This document shows positions 19,513 to 29,655 of a DNA stretch of 64,000 nucleotides, one piece after another. Location of the stretch: NCBI GenBank assembly GCA_016715865.1, contig JADJXM010000006.1, positions 65,486 through 129,485 on the forward strand, in the 5' to 3' direction. The translations under genes and the position numbers were made by a program. Position 1 is the stretch's first letter, and every line of letters starts with the position of its first letter. The notes beneath the pieces were generated by a model that was not told where the DNA came from, did not search any database, and saw nothing but the letters and a program-made list of their open reading frames with translations. The stretch comes from Acidobacteriota bacterium (lineage in GTDB: Bacteria; Acidobacteriota; Blastocatellia; RBC074).

Positions 19513-20655
19513 ATGGCCAGATCAAAACAAGGATCAGTAGTCAGGCGGGGCAAGTTGATTTATGCCCGTATTCGATGGACGGAGCGAATAGGCAATCAAT
19601 CTGTCACCCGCGAGAAGCTTGAGAGAGTCATGACCATTTCAGAAGGCCGGGAACAATGCAAACAGATGTTGCGCGACCTGGAAGAGAAGGGACAGACCAT
19701 CTTCGAGACACAGCGAATGACCTTCAACGATCTGGCCATGATTTACTCTGAAAGAAAACTCATTCCTGCCCAGTATCACGATGACAGGAAGATTGCAGGC
19801 TTGCGCTCCCTGGCGTCTGCAAAAGTCCAGATGCGATCACTTCAGGCTTACTTTGGGACATTCACTTTGAAAGAGATCACCCATTCAGACCTTGAACGAT
19901 TCAAGCTTCTGAGACTGGGAAAGACGACCAGGCGCGGATCGAGGCCGTCAATCGCAACCGTAAACAGGGAGCTTGAGCGAATGCGGGCCATGCTTCGATT
20001 TGCCGTCCGTCAAGGCTATCTTTCAAAATCGCCCTTTGAAATGGGCGAGTCACTTATCAGCAAAGCCGATGAACGAATGAGAGAGCGATTATTAACCATC
20101 GAGGAAGAGTGCCGATTGATTGAAGCTTGCACCGGCAACCGCGCACACTTGCGGCCTATTATCATTTGCGCGATTGATACGGGGATGAGGCGCGGCGAAA
20201 TCTTGAAATTGAAATGGTCTGATATGAGCCTGGATGATGGCATCATTAAACTGAGAGCGACCACAACAAAGACAGGGAAGCGGCGAATTATCGGTATCAC
20301 ACCCAGGCTTGAAGCCGAGCTTCACGGCCTTTGGGATCAGAGCTTGATGATTGATGAAGCTCTGGTCTTTGGAATCAAGAGCGATATCAAGAGATCGTTT
20401 GCGACCGCTTGCAGAATCGCGGGAATCAGCGATTTACGCTTTCATGATCTAAGGCACAGAGCAAGCCTTGATTTATTGCAGGCGGGCTTGTCCGAAGAAT
20501 TAGCGATGAAGATTCTAGGCCATACTCAGAGATCGACTTTCAGCCGGTATATCAACCCGGATCATAGAATTGCAAGAGAAGCGGCAAAGGCATTGGAAGT
20601 CTTACAGACCGCAAGAAATCAAGAGCGCATACATGAAAAAAGTAAATGTGCATGA
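19513..20655 (+). CDS. Tyrosine-type site-specific recombinase/integrase
   Basis: C-terminal catalytic box R...HDLRH...Y (RFHDLRHRASLDLLQAG...STFSRYINPD). Confidence 0.85.
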   Translation: MARSKQGSVVRRGKLIYARIRWTERIGNQSVTREKLERVMTISEGREQCKQMLRDLEEKGQTIFETQRMTFNDLAMIYSERKLIPAQYHDDRKIAGLRSLASAKVQMRSLQAYFGTFTLKEITHSDLERFKLLRLGKTTRRGSRPSIATVNRELERMRAMLRFAVRQGYLSKSPFEMGESLISKADERMRERLLTIEEECRLIEACTGNRAHLRPIIICAIDTGMRRGEILKLKWSDMSLDDGIIKLRATTTKTGKRRIIGITPRLEAELHGLWDQSLMIDEALVFGIKSDIKRSFATACRIAGISDLRFHDLRHRASLDLLQAGLSEELAMKILGHTQRSTFSRYINPDHRIAREAAKALEVLQTARNQERIHEKSKCA

Positions 20656-21175
20656 GCCTGAAGCGGCTTTATATCTGGTTTACTCATATCAGAAAGCTGA
20701 ATTTCATCAGGCTTTAGAAAAAGCAATTTTGAGTGCATACAAGAAAGAATCTCCCAAATCACCAATCAAAGTACTGGACACTGAAAAAGCCATCATTTCA
20801 ATTAAACGAGTCTTGAGGGAGTTTTCGGCAAGCAACAAAAAGCGGGGAAGAAAAACGGATCAAAGAGCAATAAAAGCAGACAGCTATTTCAAAGTCGCAC
20901 TAGAAGATGCCAAGTTGACAATGGCCAAATTTAAGCTAATGGACAATCAAAGCCGTCAAGAGTTTTGGGAAGAAAAAGTCTGGCAAAAGCACGAACGCGA
21001 AATAATCGAAGACGAATTATTTTTCGATGGCAGTAAAGCCCTTGTAAGAGGAAAAGATGCTTTATTGACTGAAAAGCGAAGGATCGAGGATTTAGTCAGA
21101 CGATGGAACATGGCGAAGCCACGGCGAGCAATGAAAAGAAAAGGTCAACCACGAATAAATTCTGAAAAGAAATAA
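20633..21175 (+). CDS. Hypothetical Lys-rich protein
   Basis: ORF only, AT-richer codon usage. Confidence 0.3.
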   Translation: MKKVNVHEPEAALYLVYSYQKAEFHQALEKAILSAYKKESPKSPIKVLDTEKAIISIKRVLREFSASNKKRGRKTDQRAIKADSYFKVALEDAKLTMAKFKLMDNQSRQEFWEEKVWQKHEREIIEDELFFDGSKALVRGKDALLTEKRRIEDLVRRWNMAKPRRAMKRKGQPRINSEKK

Positions 21176-21244
21176 TTCGCCGAATAAATTCAAGTCCGTA
21201 ATTTATTCGCCTTCATTTTTGGTAAGGTCGAAGTCGGAGGGATC

Positions 21245-21697
21245 GTGACGATGAAGAGAAACGGAATCCTGACAATTCGAAGAATGAAGGAATGCGAGAT
21301 CAACCGCCTTACTGGTAAGGAGTCTTGCAGGGAAGTAAACCCGAAAAAGGTTATGACCCTTCAACAAGCCGAGACCGCAAAGCAAAGAGCCGAGCGTTTC
21401 GCCTTGAATGTCCTTCGAGATGAAGACCTGGCTGATGACATCGCCGATGAAAGTCTTGAAGACTGGATCGAGCGCAAGGGCATCACAATCAAAAACCCGC
21501 AAAAGGAGAATAAACCGATGGCAACAAGACAGCCTTCAAAAGCCGACCTCGAAAACAAAATCGCCGAACTCGAAGAGGAATTGAGCGAGTACAAGGAACG
21601 CGAAGAGCAGATGTGTGAGCTTCTGGGGCTCGAACCGGAAGACGAAGATGAAGAGATCGAGGACGAAGACTTCGAGGAAGAAGACGAAGCCGCATAA
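21245..21697 (+). CDS. Hypothetical protein with coiled-coil and poly-acidic C-terminus
   Basis: ORF only. The C-terminus is EDEDEEIEDEDFEEEDE. Confidence 0.3.
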   Translation: MTMKRNGILTIRRMKECEINRLTGKESCREVNPKKVMTLQQAETAKQRAERFALNVLRDEDLADDIADESLEDWIERKGITIKNPQKENKPMATRQPSKADLENKIAELEEELSEYKEREEQMCELLGLEPEDEDEEIEDEDFEEEDEAA

Positions 21698-21712
21698 CGG
21701 GAGAGGTGGAAC

Positions 21713-22087
21713 ATGGCTTACTACACAGGATACTCAACGCCCGTTCCAGCCGATAAAACCGGTCATTGGTCAGACGTTGAATCTCTCCCTGGCGCATACG
21801 CCCCAGGCTTCGAATCTTCGCCTTATTACGTCGGGCCAGCCGGGGCGCGAACCTGGATACCAAACCAGCCTCAACAGCAGGCACAGCAACCGCCACAGCT
21901 TCAGGATCACCCTTCGACTTCTCAGGATACCTGTCTGGGTATGGGCCGGAATCGGATTACTTGTAGTTGTGATTCTGGTCAAGAAGAAATGACGATTGAT
22001 TTTACGGGGACATCTGCAAGTTTGCCGACTCGAAGATGTCCCCGCCCCCCCCACACCGATAGCAGCATCGGCGGGGAGAGATTCTAA
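21713..22087 (+). CDS. Hypothetical protein
   Basis: ORF only. Confidence 0.25.
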   Translation: MAYYTGYSTPVPADKTGHWSDVESLPGAYAPGFESSPYYVGPAGARTWIPNQPQQQAQQPPQLQDHPSTSQDTCLGMGRNRITCSCDSGQEEMTIDFTGTSASLPTRRCPRPPHTDSSIGGERF

Positions 22088-22478
22088 CACCTTCTCCCGC
22101 CTAAAGGTAGATACCTGGCCGATGTAGCCATCACTAAACTTTTACCAAGTATGCTCGAAGACCTTTTTCAATCTGACCCAGAATTAGCCTTGTATATCGA
22201 GCGTCAACGGTTTCAAGCGTCGATGCGCGATCAAAGCCGCTTCGAAAGCCTTAACGAAATTCTACCGCGAATGATGCAATCAATAATGCCTGACGCCGTT
22301 TCGACCGAACCGGAAGAGGGCATGGCTTTTTATCAGCTTGGATGAAGGCCGCGCATTCGATTATCAACCGGACGCTATCCGGTATTGATTCGATCACGGC
22401 GCGGGCCTTCATTCGGATTGACTGCGGAAAAATCGCGGCCTTTTCCGGGACTATTCCGGTAATCATCGAGGAAAAACT

Positions 22479-22904
22479 ATGACCACAAAAACGAGACAGA
22501 CCAGGAGCCGCAATAATGCAGATCAGAAGAACAAGGGCGAAATCGTTTCCTTCGATGTCTTCCTTAGTGAAGACCCATTCGAGGCGGGCAAGGAATCGAA
22601 GAAAGAACCCCTGGGGCCGATCACCTTCAGTCAAAACTATCTGAAAGACGCAGCGCAGCAATTCGGCGGCGGCGAATATTACTACTTCCTGCCACGACAT
22701 GCAGACGGGAGTTTCGGAACCGGCAAGACTCTTTTCTGTCCCAAAGTCGATCAAGAAGCCATCGAGGAGCCATTGACCGAGGATTACATCGAGGCCGAAA
22801 CAATGACCGGGCCGGATATCCGGCGAATTATCCGCGAAGAGATGTCATCGAGCGTCCGCAATCCTCAAAACGGGCATCATTCCTCAACATCATCGAGCTT
22901 GTGA
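22479..22904 (+). CDS. Hypothetical protein
   Basis: ORF only. Overlaps the next ORF as ATGA, which suggests an operon. Confidence 0.35.
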   Translation: MTTKTRQTRSRNNADQKNKGEIVSFDVFLSEDPFEAGKESKKEPLGPITFSQNYLKDAAQQFGGGEYYYFLPRHADGSFGTGKTLFCPKVDQEAIEEPLTEDYIEAETMTGPDIRRIIREEMSSSVRNPQNGHHSSTSSSL

Positions 22905-23566
22905 CGGCCATAGAAAGAATTGAAAACATGACCGCCGAAGATGAACCCAGGGATAAAACATCTGAGATCATCGGAACTCTGAAAGGGCTTGAAGAGATCA
23001 GAGGAATGTTTTCATCCAGGGAAGAGAACCCCAGGCCGATTATCGAGAACAAACCACTGACGACCGAGGCCGCATTGTTGAAGCTTATATCTGAAGACCC
23101 TATCGCCCTGGCCGCAGCCCGCGATCGTCTCTTAGGAAGCGAAGGCGAATCGTTTAGTTTCATGCAGCTCATACCCGCGATCATGCCAACCGTGGAAAGA
23201 ATCGTCTCTTCGATCACTGACGCGATGAAGGCCGCGAATCCGTCACCGGCGATAAATCAACCGGCGACCATTCCGCAGCCTGGCGGCGATCAGCCATCAC
23301 CCGCGACAGCCTTCAATCCCACGCAGCCGCCACAAGCGCAAGCACCCGGCGATCTGAGCATGCAGGCGGCATACGGGCGGGTTTTTAATTCCTTCCTCAA
23401 CGCCCTGGCGACGAATGCAGACGTTGAACCTATCGTCACCGCCTTTGATTCATTCTGCAATCTCTTTCCAGAGCATGAATTGATGATCGATGGCTTGATG
23501 ACACAACCGCCTGAAATGGTCATCGGATTTTTGAATCAGGCTTTGCCACAGGCCGCGAATGTTTGA
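22901..23566 (+). CDS. Hypothetical protein (Pro/Gln-rich linker)
   Basis: ORF only. Confidence 0.35.
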   Translation: MTAIERIENMTAEDEPRDKTSEIIGTLKGLEEIRGMFSSREENPRPIIENKPLTTEAALLKLISEDPIALAAARDRLLGSEGESFSFMQLIPAIMPTVERIVSSITDAMKAANPSPAINQPATIPQPGGDQPSPATAFNPTQPPQAQAPGDLSMQAAYGRVFNSFLNALATNADVEPIVTAFDSFCNLFPEHELMIDGLMTQPPEMVIGFLNQALPQAANV

Positions 23567-23675
23567 ATGCGCCGCATGCCATCGATTGGATCAAGAGACT
23601 TCAGGAAGCATACACGAAGGAACCGGACGGGCAGCCTGACGCTGAACCGACCGAAGCAATGAAAGGGGCTGCTTC

Positions 23676-24292
23676 ATGAAAGTCATCATCGGTGCGGGCG
23701 GATCGAGTCAACCTGGATGGATCAGCTTCAATCAAGACGACCTGGATATAACCAGGCTTACAGACTGGGCGAAACATTTTTCAAAGGCATCTATTGATTG
23801 CATTGTCGCCGAACATGTCTGGGAGCATTTGACGATGGAGCAAGGATTCATCGCAGCGGTCAATTGTTGGCTATATCTCAAGCCTGGCGGAAATCTGAGA
23901 CTGGCAGTCCCAGACGGCCTTCATCCAAGTTTCAATTATTTCAATTGGGTGAAGCCTGGCAATTGGATCAATGGAGACGACCACAAGGTTTGTACACGTA
24001 CCGAAGCCTTGAGGGAATCCTCAAAAGGGCATTGTTTCAATGCACCTTGAAAGAATACTTCGATGAGGCAGGGGAGCTTCATATAGACCCCTTGGACTAT
24101 GACCGGGGATATATCCGGCGATCAGGGTTTAGCCTTTGGGCCGGAATTTTAAGCCCGATCGTTGGAACGTGGTTTACGTCTCTTGTCATTGATGCTCGAA
24201 AAATGGGGATGGAAGAGCTTTGCCAGGCGACAGGGATGAAGCGTGCAAGCTTCAGGCGTTTCGATTTTGATTTAACGACACCTGGGATATAG
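23676..24292 (+). pseudogene. Class I SAM-dependent methyltransferase (Methyltransf_11/23-like), frameshifted
   Basis: ORF 23676..24050 carries the AEHVWEHL...YLKPGG motif II/III region. The expected C-terminus (LYTYRSLEGILKRALF...) continues in the +1 frame (ORF 23798..24292). Confidence 0.4.
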
Positions 24293-24344
24293 GCCGCGAC
24301 CTAAAAAACGAATAGCGGCCAATTCTGGCGAAATTTTCAGGCAA

Positions 24345-24395
24345 AAGAAAACCGCCTGCCGAGTTTTCGAGAAGCGGCAAGCGGTTTTAAAGGAA
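24345..24395 (+). terminator. Terminator-like hairpin
   Basis: aaaaccgcctgccgag...aagcggcaagcggtttt: a GC-rich stem flanked by A/T runs. Confidence 0.3.
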
Positions 24396-24501
24396 TAAGC
24401 TATGGCAAATAATACCACACTCTTAGAAACCACCACAAAAGAAAACAATTCTCATCGAAGACCAGATACCAACCGCCGACGAATTATTCGGGCCTTCATC
24501 A

Positions 24502-26066
24502 TTGCCACAATCTAATTGGAGTCTATCCATGGAGATGGCAAATCGGGAGAGCCTCCGGTTATTAAGAACTGCTTTGGATGACCCTGAAGGAGTTGGATTA
24601 CCCGCACCTTTTTACAATTTCGAGACACCTGATTTTCCATTGAACGCCATGCCTCCGTGGTTGAAAGCCTTTGTTGAAAAATTAGCCGCATCATCTCAAA
24701 CGCCTGTTGACCTGGCCGCACTCTTGAGTCTTGCGGTCTGTAGCGCGTCAGTTGCTCGAAACGTACGGATCGAAGCCCGGTCAGGATGGGAAGAGCCTTT
24801 AAATATTTTTGCAGTTGTCGCATTGCCACCGCAAACAGAAAAAGCCATGTCACATCAGAAGTGACAAAGCCTTTAATACAGTTTGAAAAAGAGTTGATCG
24901 AGTCTCAGTTGGATAAAATTGCAATTGAAAAAAGCGAGTATCGAATCTTAGAAAGCGAATTAGCCGAACTTGAAAAGAGATGCGCGAAGGCCAAGCCCGA
25001 AGATCAACCAAGCATTAAACAAGAGGCGAAAGCTAAGGCTAAGGAATTGTCAGCGCGAAAATTGCCTGTCTTGCCAAAGCTCATTGTTGATGACGTGACC
25101 GCCGAAGTCTTAGCCTCAATCCTGGCTGAACAAAAAGGGCGTGTCGGATTATTCAGCGCGGAAGGCGGCATCTTCGATACATTGGCCGGGCGATATTCGA
25201 ACGGCACTCCGAATTTTGATGTATTGCTCAAAGGGCACTCAGGCGATGATCTGAGAGTTGATAGACGTGACCGATCTGAACACGTTGGAAAACCAGCTTT
25301 GACAATTGGTCTGGCTGTCCAGCCTGAAGTATTACGTGGCTTGATTGATAAACCAGGCTTTCGAGGCCGCGGACTGATAGGACGCTTTCTTTACTCAATC
25401 CCGCAAAGCACTATCGGAAAGCGGAAAATACGACCGACCCCGATGAATGACGAGATTGCTCGATCCTATCAGCAAAACATTTACCGCCTGGCAGCAATCG
25501 AGCCTTTTGTGAACGACTACGGAGAAATCGAACACAGGTTGATTCGCCTCTCAAAAGATGCAGATGATTATCTTGCAGCCTTTGAAGAAGAGATAGAGCC
25601 AATGTTAGGCGAAGATGGAGACCTGGCCTTTATTGGAGACTGGGGAGGGAAACTTGCGGGCGCGACCGTCCGTCTGGCGGGCATTTTGCACCTTGCAGAA
25701 AACGCAGGGAACCTTCGCCCGAAATGGCCTGGCAACGTTTCAGCCGAGACCATGAAAAATGCAATTGCGATATCCAGATATCTACTGCCACATGCGCGGC
25801 TGGCTTATGCAGAAATGGGGGCCGATCCGAAAATCGAAGATGCGAAGTATGTACTTCGATGGATTAAAAGAACCGGATTACGCGAGTTTACGGAGCGTGA
25901 CGCATTCGAGGGGACTAAAGGCCGCTTTAAGCAAGTAGCAGGTATAAGACCGGCACTGGAAGTTTTAGAAGATCATGCCTACATTCGCCCCGAAGAAGGC
26001 GCAATAGAAAGACGCCGAGGGCGAAAATCAAGCCCGAAATACACAGTAAATCCAAACTTCAACTAG
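24502..26066 (+). pseudogene. DUF3987-family (P4-type primase-associated) protein, frameshifted
   Basis: An N-terminal DUF3987-like segment ends ...VVALPPQTEKA*. The rest continues in another frame. Restoring one base in the A5 run (acagaaaaagcc) would give PPQTGKSHVTSEV, a Walker-like motif. Confidence 0.45.
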
Positions 26067-26161
26067 CCGTCGCACAATTCGCACAATTCGCACAATTCAG
26101 TAAATTTTGTGCGAAATAGCGAATTGTGCGAATGTGCGAATTGTGCGACGGGTTCTTAGTA
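26067..26161. repeat. Hairpin element C: (CGCACAATT)x3 arms
   Basis: ccgtcgcacaattcgcacaattcgcacaattc ... gaattgtgcgaatgtgcgaattgtgcgacgg. Confidence 0.7.
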
Positions 26162-26211
26162 TTACAATTTTAGATAATTATTAATAAGCACTTATTTTCT
26201 AAGGTTGCCTG

Positions 26212-26559
26212 ATGGACAAAAATCAAGTCGAAATCTTCAAGAATATTGACAAGGCGACCGAACATTTTCACGCACTGATTGACGCTTTGAATGTCGTCTC
26301 GAAAAGGCTGATTGCACCCTGGCTTGAATCCCTGAGAACCGATATCGAGATCAGGCAGTCATCGAGAGAAATAAAAACACAATCGAGACTAATGACCGTT
26401 AAAGAGACTGCGGATTATTTACAGGTCCAAGAAGGAACGCTTCGAGTCTGGGCCAACCAGGGCGAAATTCCAACCAGGCGAATTAAATCTGAAATCCGAT
26501 TCGACCGCCGAGAAATTGACGAATGGTCTAGGCTAAATATTCACACCTGGCAAAAGTAA
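26212..26559 (+). CDS. Excisionase-family helix-turn-helix DNA-binding protein (Xis/AlpA/MerR-like)
   Basis: LMTVKETADYLQVQEGTLRVWANQGEIPTRRI...RFDRREIDEW matches the excisionase HTH pattern. Confidence 0.55.
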   Translation: MDKNQVEIFKNIDKATEHFHALIDALNVVSKRLIAPWLESLRTDIEIRQSSREIKTQSRLMTVKETADYLQVQEGTLRVWANQGEIPTRRIKSEIRFDRREIDEWSRLNIHTWQK

Positions 26560-26617
26560 GCCGTGATAAACTTGGGCCGCTTCTTCTTCCTGCGGCCACA
26601 TCGAAGGAGCATTGAGA

Positions 26618-27684
26618 AATGGGCGTTTTCATGCGCGACCCTCAAACCGGGCGAAAATGTAAAAAAGGTCAAAAGGGAATCTGGTATTACTACTTCACGA
26701 TTAAAGCCGTCGATATCGAGCGGCCATTCCCGGAAGCACAAAATAAAGAGTCAAGCTCTGGCGGTCGAGGCCAACGCAAGAAAGGCCGTCTTTGATGGTA
26801 CATATGGCCGTAAGGAATCAGGCCGGGCCAGCTTCGCAGAATTTATTCTTGGCGAATATATGACCTAGGCGAAGGACCATAAAAAGTCATGGCGATTCGA
26901 TCATTACATCGCACCCAAGGCGGCAAGGTTTTTCAAAGGCAAAAAATTTTGTGATGTGACAGTCAAAGAGATCGAGAAGTTTCGAGACACAAGATTGTCA
27001 GAGATCACAAAAAGAGGCTCGAAGCGAAACGGGAATAGTGTTTGTCGCGAAATGGCCATGCTTTCAAAAGTCTTTGACCTGGCTATCAAAAAAGACTACT
27101 GCGAAGAAAACCCCGTCGGAAAAGTCGAATGGCCGCATCAACCAAACCGGCGAGAACGATTTATTACCGAAGAGGAAGAATCCAAAATCTTTAAGTCTTT
27201 GTCCGGGCGCTATGAAAGACTGCGACCTGTTTTCCTATTGGCTCTTTATTCGGGATTGAGAAGGGGAGAGATTTTCGCCCTTCAATGGCGAGATGTAGAT
27301 TTTGAAAAGAAGAATCTTCGACTGAGAGCGGAGACCACTAAAACAAGCAAAGGGCGCAATGTGCCTTTGATAGAACCAGCTTTCTCTATTTTAGCCAAGT
27401 TGAAAAAATCAGTTGATGGTGAACCACATGAAAAAGTCTTTCCTTTCGGGGCAAGCCGGGCTTGTGCATTGTTTCGAGAAATTTTGGATCACTTAGGATT
27501 GATAGATGTTGGTCTTCACGTCCTAAGACATACCTTCGCGACAAGAGGCATGAGAGCCGGAATACACCCGCTTGTAATGAAAGACATACTTGGACATTCA
27601 ACCATCGACATGACCGCATATTATTCTCACACAGGCCGCGAAGACTTACTGAGAGAGGCCAAAAAGCTGGAAAAATCTGTCTAA
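26618..27684 (+). pseudogene. Tyrosine integrase, decayed (one frameshift plus an in-frame TAG)
   Basis: The N-terminus MGVFMRDPQTGRK..GIWYYYFTIKAV is integrase-like. The frame shifts near 26745. In-frame TAG at 26866-26868 sits where W is expected (EYMT*AKDHKKSW). The C-terminal catalytic domain HVLRHTFAT...YSH is intact. Confidence 0.7.
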
Positions 27685-27740
27685 ATGCCTCTATAGAGCC
27701 TCTTGGGTAAAGAATATTTGGCTTTTTTCTTGGAATTGTC

Positions 27741-27767
27741 AAAATTCACTTTACACAAAGTGTCAAC
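27741..27767. repeat. Candidate attR-like direct repeat partner
   Basis: aaattcactttacacaaagtgtcaac, lying 57 nt past the decayed integrase. Confidence 0.4.
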
Positions 27768-27913
27768 ATGAGTCGGAGTGACAGACACAGAGATTTCTCT
27801 TGCCTGATCAATCAATTCTGAGTACTATTTAATCTGCCTCATTAAATTTATTTGCCCAACAACTCTGTCACTGACCTTGCTCCTCACCGAACCCCCGTAG
27901 AAAGATCTCAGCC

Positions 27914-28768
27914 ATGATTCGATCATTGTTTCTAGTTTGCAGCCTGTTTATACCGACAGGAACCTACGCGCAACAGCCTTTGACGAACACCGACGTGATT
28001 TACCTGATGAAATCAGGATTTTCTGAGGAAATAATAATTGCCAAAATCAGATCAGGCGGTGGAAAGTTTGATACGTCCACATCCGCTTTGAAAAATCTGA
28101 AAGATGCAGGCGTTCAGGAATCAGTCATATTGGCTATGATCGAGACTGAATCACCCGCAAATACGGAACAAGTTGAGAGCGCACCTCTAGTCAAAATGCC
28201 TTTGAATTTGAATGAAATTCTTTTGAAGGACGGAACCCGAGTTGAGTTGGAATTGGCTTATACCGTCTCTTCAGAAAACCTCAATGAAGGTGATGCAGTC
28301 AGTTTCCTTGTCGTTCAGCCGGTGATGGTTAATGGCCTGACGGTCATCGATCGGGCAGCTGCCGCTACAGCCAGAGTCGTGAAGGCCGAGGGCGGTAAAA
28401 GCTGGGGTCGTGGAGGTCAGCTGACATGGGCTATCCAACACGTCTCTGCGGTTGATGGAACAAAAGTGCCGCTCCATTTTACTTCGCAGACCAAAGGCGG
28501 AGGCAAGCCTGGCACTGTCACGACTGGAATCGTTGTCACCGGATTGCTTTTCTGGCCCGCGGCTCCGCTATGGGGTTTCAAGAAGGGTAAACCGGCAGTA
28601 ATTCCAGCAGGTAAACGGTTTGAAGTGTTCGTTCATGGCGACATAACGATCATGACTAATCAGGTAGAGACGTCATTGCCAATTCGCGAACCCCGAAAGC
28701 AGCCGTTGCCGGCGGCAAAACCTAAAAACCGTTGTTATGAAAATGGAAGGAAGGTGCCCTGTCCATAG
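27914..28768 (+). CDS. Hypothetical secreted protein
   Basis: Signal peptide, with no recognisable family. Confidence 0.35.
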   Translation: MIRSLFLVCSLFIPTGTYAQQPLTNTDVIYLMKSGFSEEIIIAKIRSGGGKFDTSTSALKNLKDAGVQESVILAMIETESPANTEQVESAPLVKMPLNLNEILLKDGTRVELELAYTVSSENLNEGDAVSFLVVQPVMVNGLTVIDRAAAATARVVKAEGGKSWGRGGQLTWAIQHVSAVDGTKVPLHFTSQTKGGGKPGTVTTGIVVTGLLFWPAAPLWGFKKGKPAVIPAGKRFEVFVHGDITIMTNQVETSLPIREPRKQPLPAAKPKNRCYENGRKVPCP

Positions 28769-28818
28769 TTGAGTTCGCACTAAACTGTCGAGTAACTTTT
28801 ATATCAGATTATTTTTCT

Positions 28819-29655
28819 TCACAGGCGATATTCCGTTTTTAGTTGCAGGAGGTCAGATTCAAACTGATTGGCCATTGCGTATGTATACACGCGTGTGATG
28901 TCACCATTATGTTGAAAGTCAATGATCTTCCGTAGATCGCTTTTACGCTGCTTCCAGGTAAGACCATCCGTAAAAAATAAAAAAGTCGTATCAGGCCGCT
29001 TGGCATCAATGATGGTTCTGATATCTCCCAGAATATCAGTCATCTTTGAACCCGTCGCTCCGTAACCTTTCGACTCGATCAGAATACGGGGGGCGCTTTT
29101 TGTAGGGATTGCAAAATCGCACTTCGCATCTTTTCCAGAACGCCCTGAAAAAGTACAACGCGCTTGATAATTTTCTCCAAAAACATTTTTAACGATAGCT
29201 TCTACGAAGTCTTCTACATCGCGCCCGCGTTTCTGGCCGGAAATTGCGCTTCCACGTCCACTACGCAGTCTTTCCACCAAAACATCACTCCAGTGCAGCT
29301 TTCGATTGGCTTCGTTAACCATGGCCTCCAAAAGACCGGTAGAGAGGAGATCTTTAATGAATTGTTCGGGATTTGCCTTGTAGCTTTTGACGCCAATTCC
29401 CTGGTCTGAACGAATCCCCTTCATTACAGAAACAAACTGGTCTTTCGAGAAACCCAGGAACAACCGACATATCAGTAAGCCATCATCAAAATTTTCATCA
29501 AGAAGCGCTTTCACATCCTCAATTGTATAAGCCTTTTTTTGTGAAATTAATTTGATCCGTTTGATGATGCGGAATGCCGTTTCGTCCTTCCACTCGACGG
29601 TAAGCGGTCTCAGGTTATTGACGATTTCGTCGAGACTTTGTGCAATTACTTCCAT
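28819..29655 (-). CDS. Type II restriction endonuclease (DpnII/MboI-like, probably GATC-specific)
   Basis: About 278 aa, immediately downstream of and abutting a Dam-family methyltransferase. Size and context fit the DpnII family, but identity was not verified by motif. Confidence 0.45.
   Translation of the reverse strand: MEVIAQSLDEIVNNLRPLTVEWKDETAFRIIKRIKLISQKKAYTIEDVKALLDENFDDGLLICRLFLGFSKDQFVSVMKGIRSDQGIGVKSYKANPEQFIKDLLSTGLLEAMVNEANRKLHWSDVLVERLRSGRGSAISGQKRGRDVEDFVEAIVKNVFGENYQARCTFSGRSGKDAKCDFAIPTKSAPRILIESKGYGATGSKMTDILGDIRTIIDAKRPDTTFLFFTDGLTWKQRKSDLRKIIDFQHNGDITRVYTYAMANQFESDLLQLKTEYRL

Larger units (their letters stand above)
17757..27767. mobile_element. Putative integrated element / genomic island, about 10 kb, with decaying genes
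   Basis: Lower GC than the flanks, two tyrosine integrases, an excisionase and a DUF3987 gene, all on one strand, bounded by imperfect direct repeats. Confidence 0.5.

Noticed and set aside
17640-27767. Idea that the island inserted inside the atp operon between atpE and atpF'
   Set aside because: No atpB or atpE is found on the far side of the island (27.8-30.8 kb holds a secreted hypothetical and a restriction-modification pair). A split atp operon is the simpler explanation.
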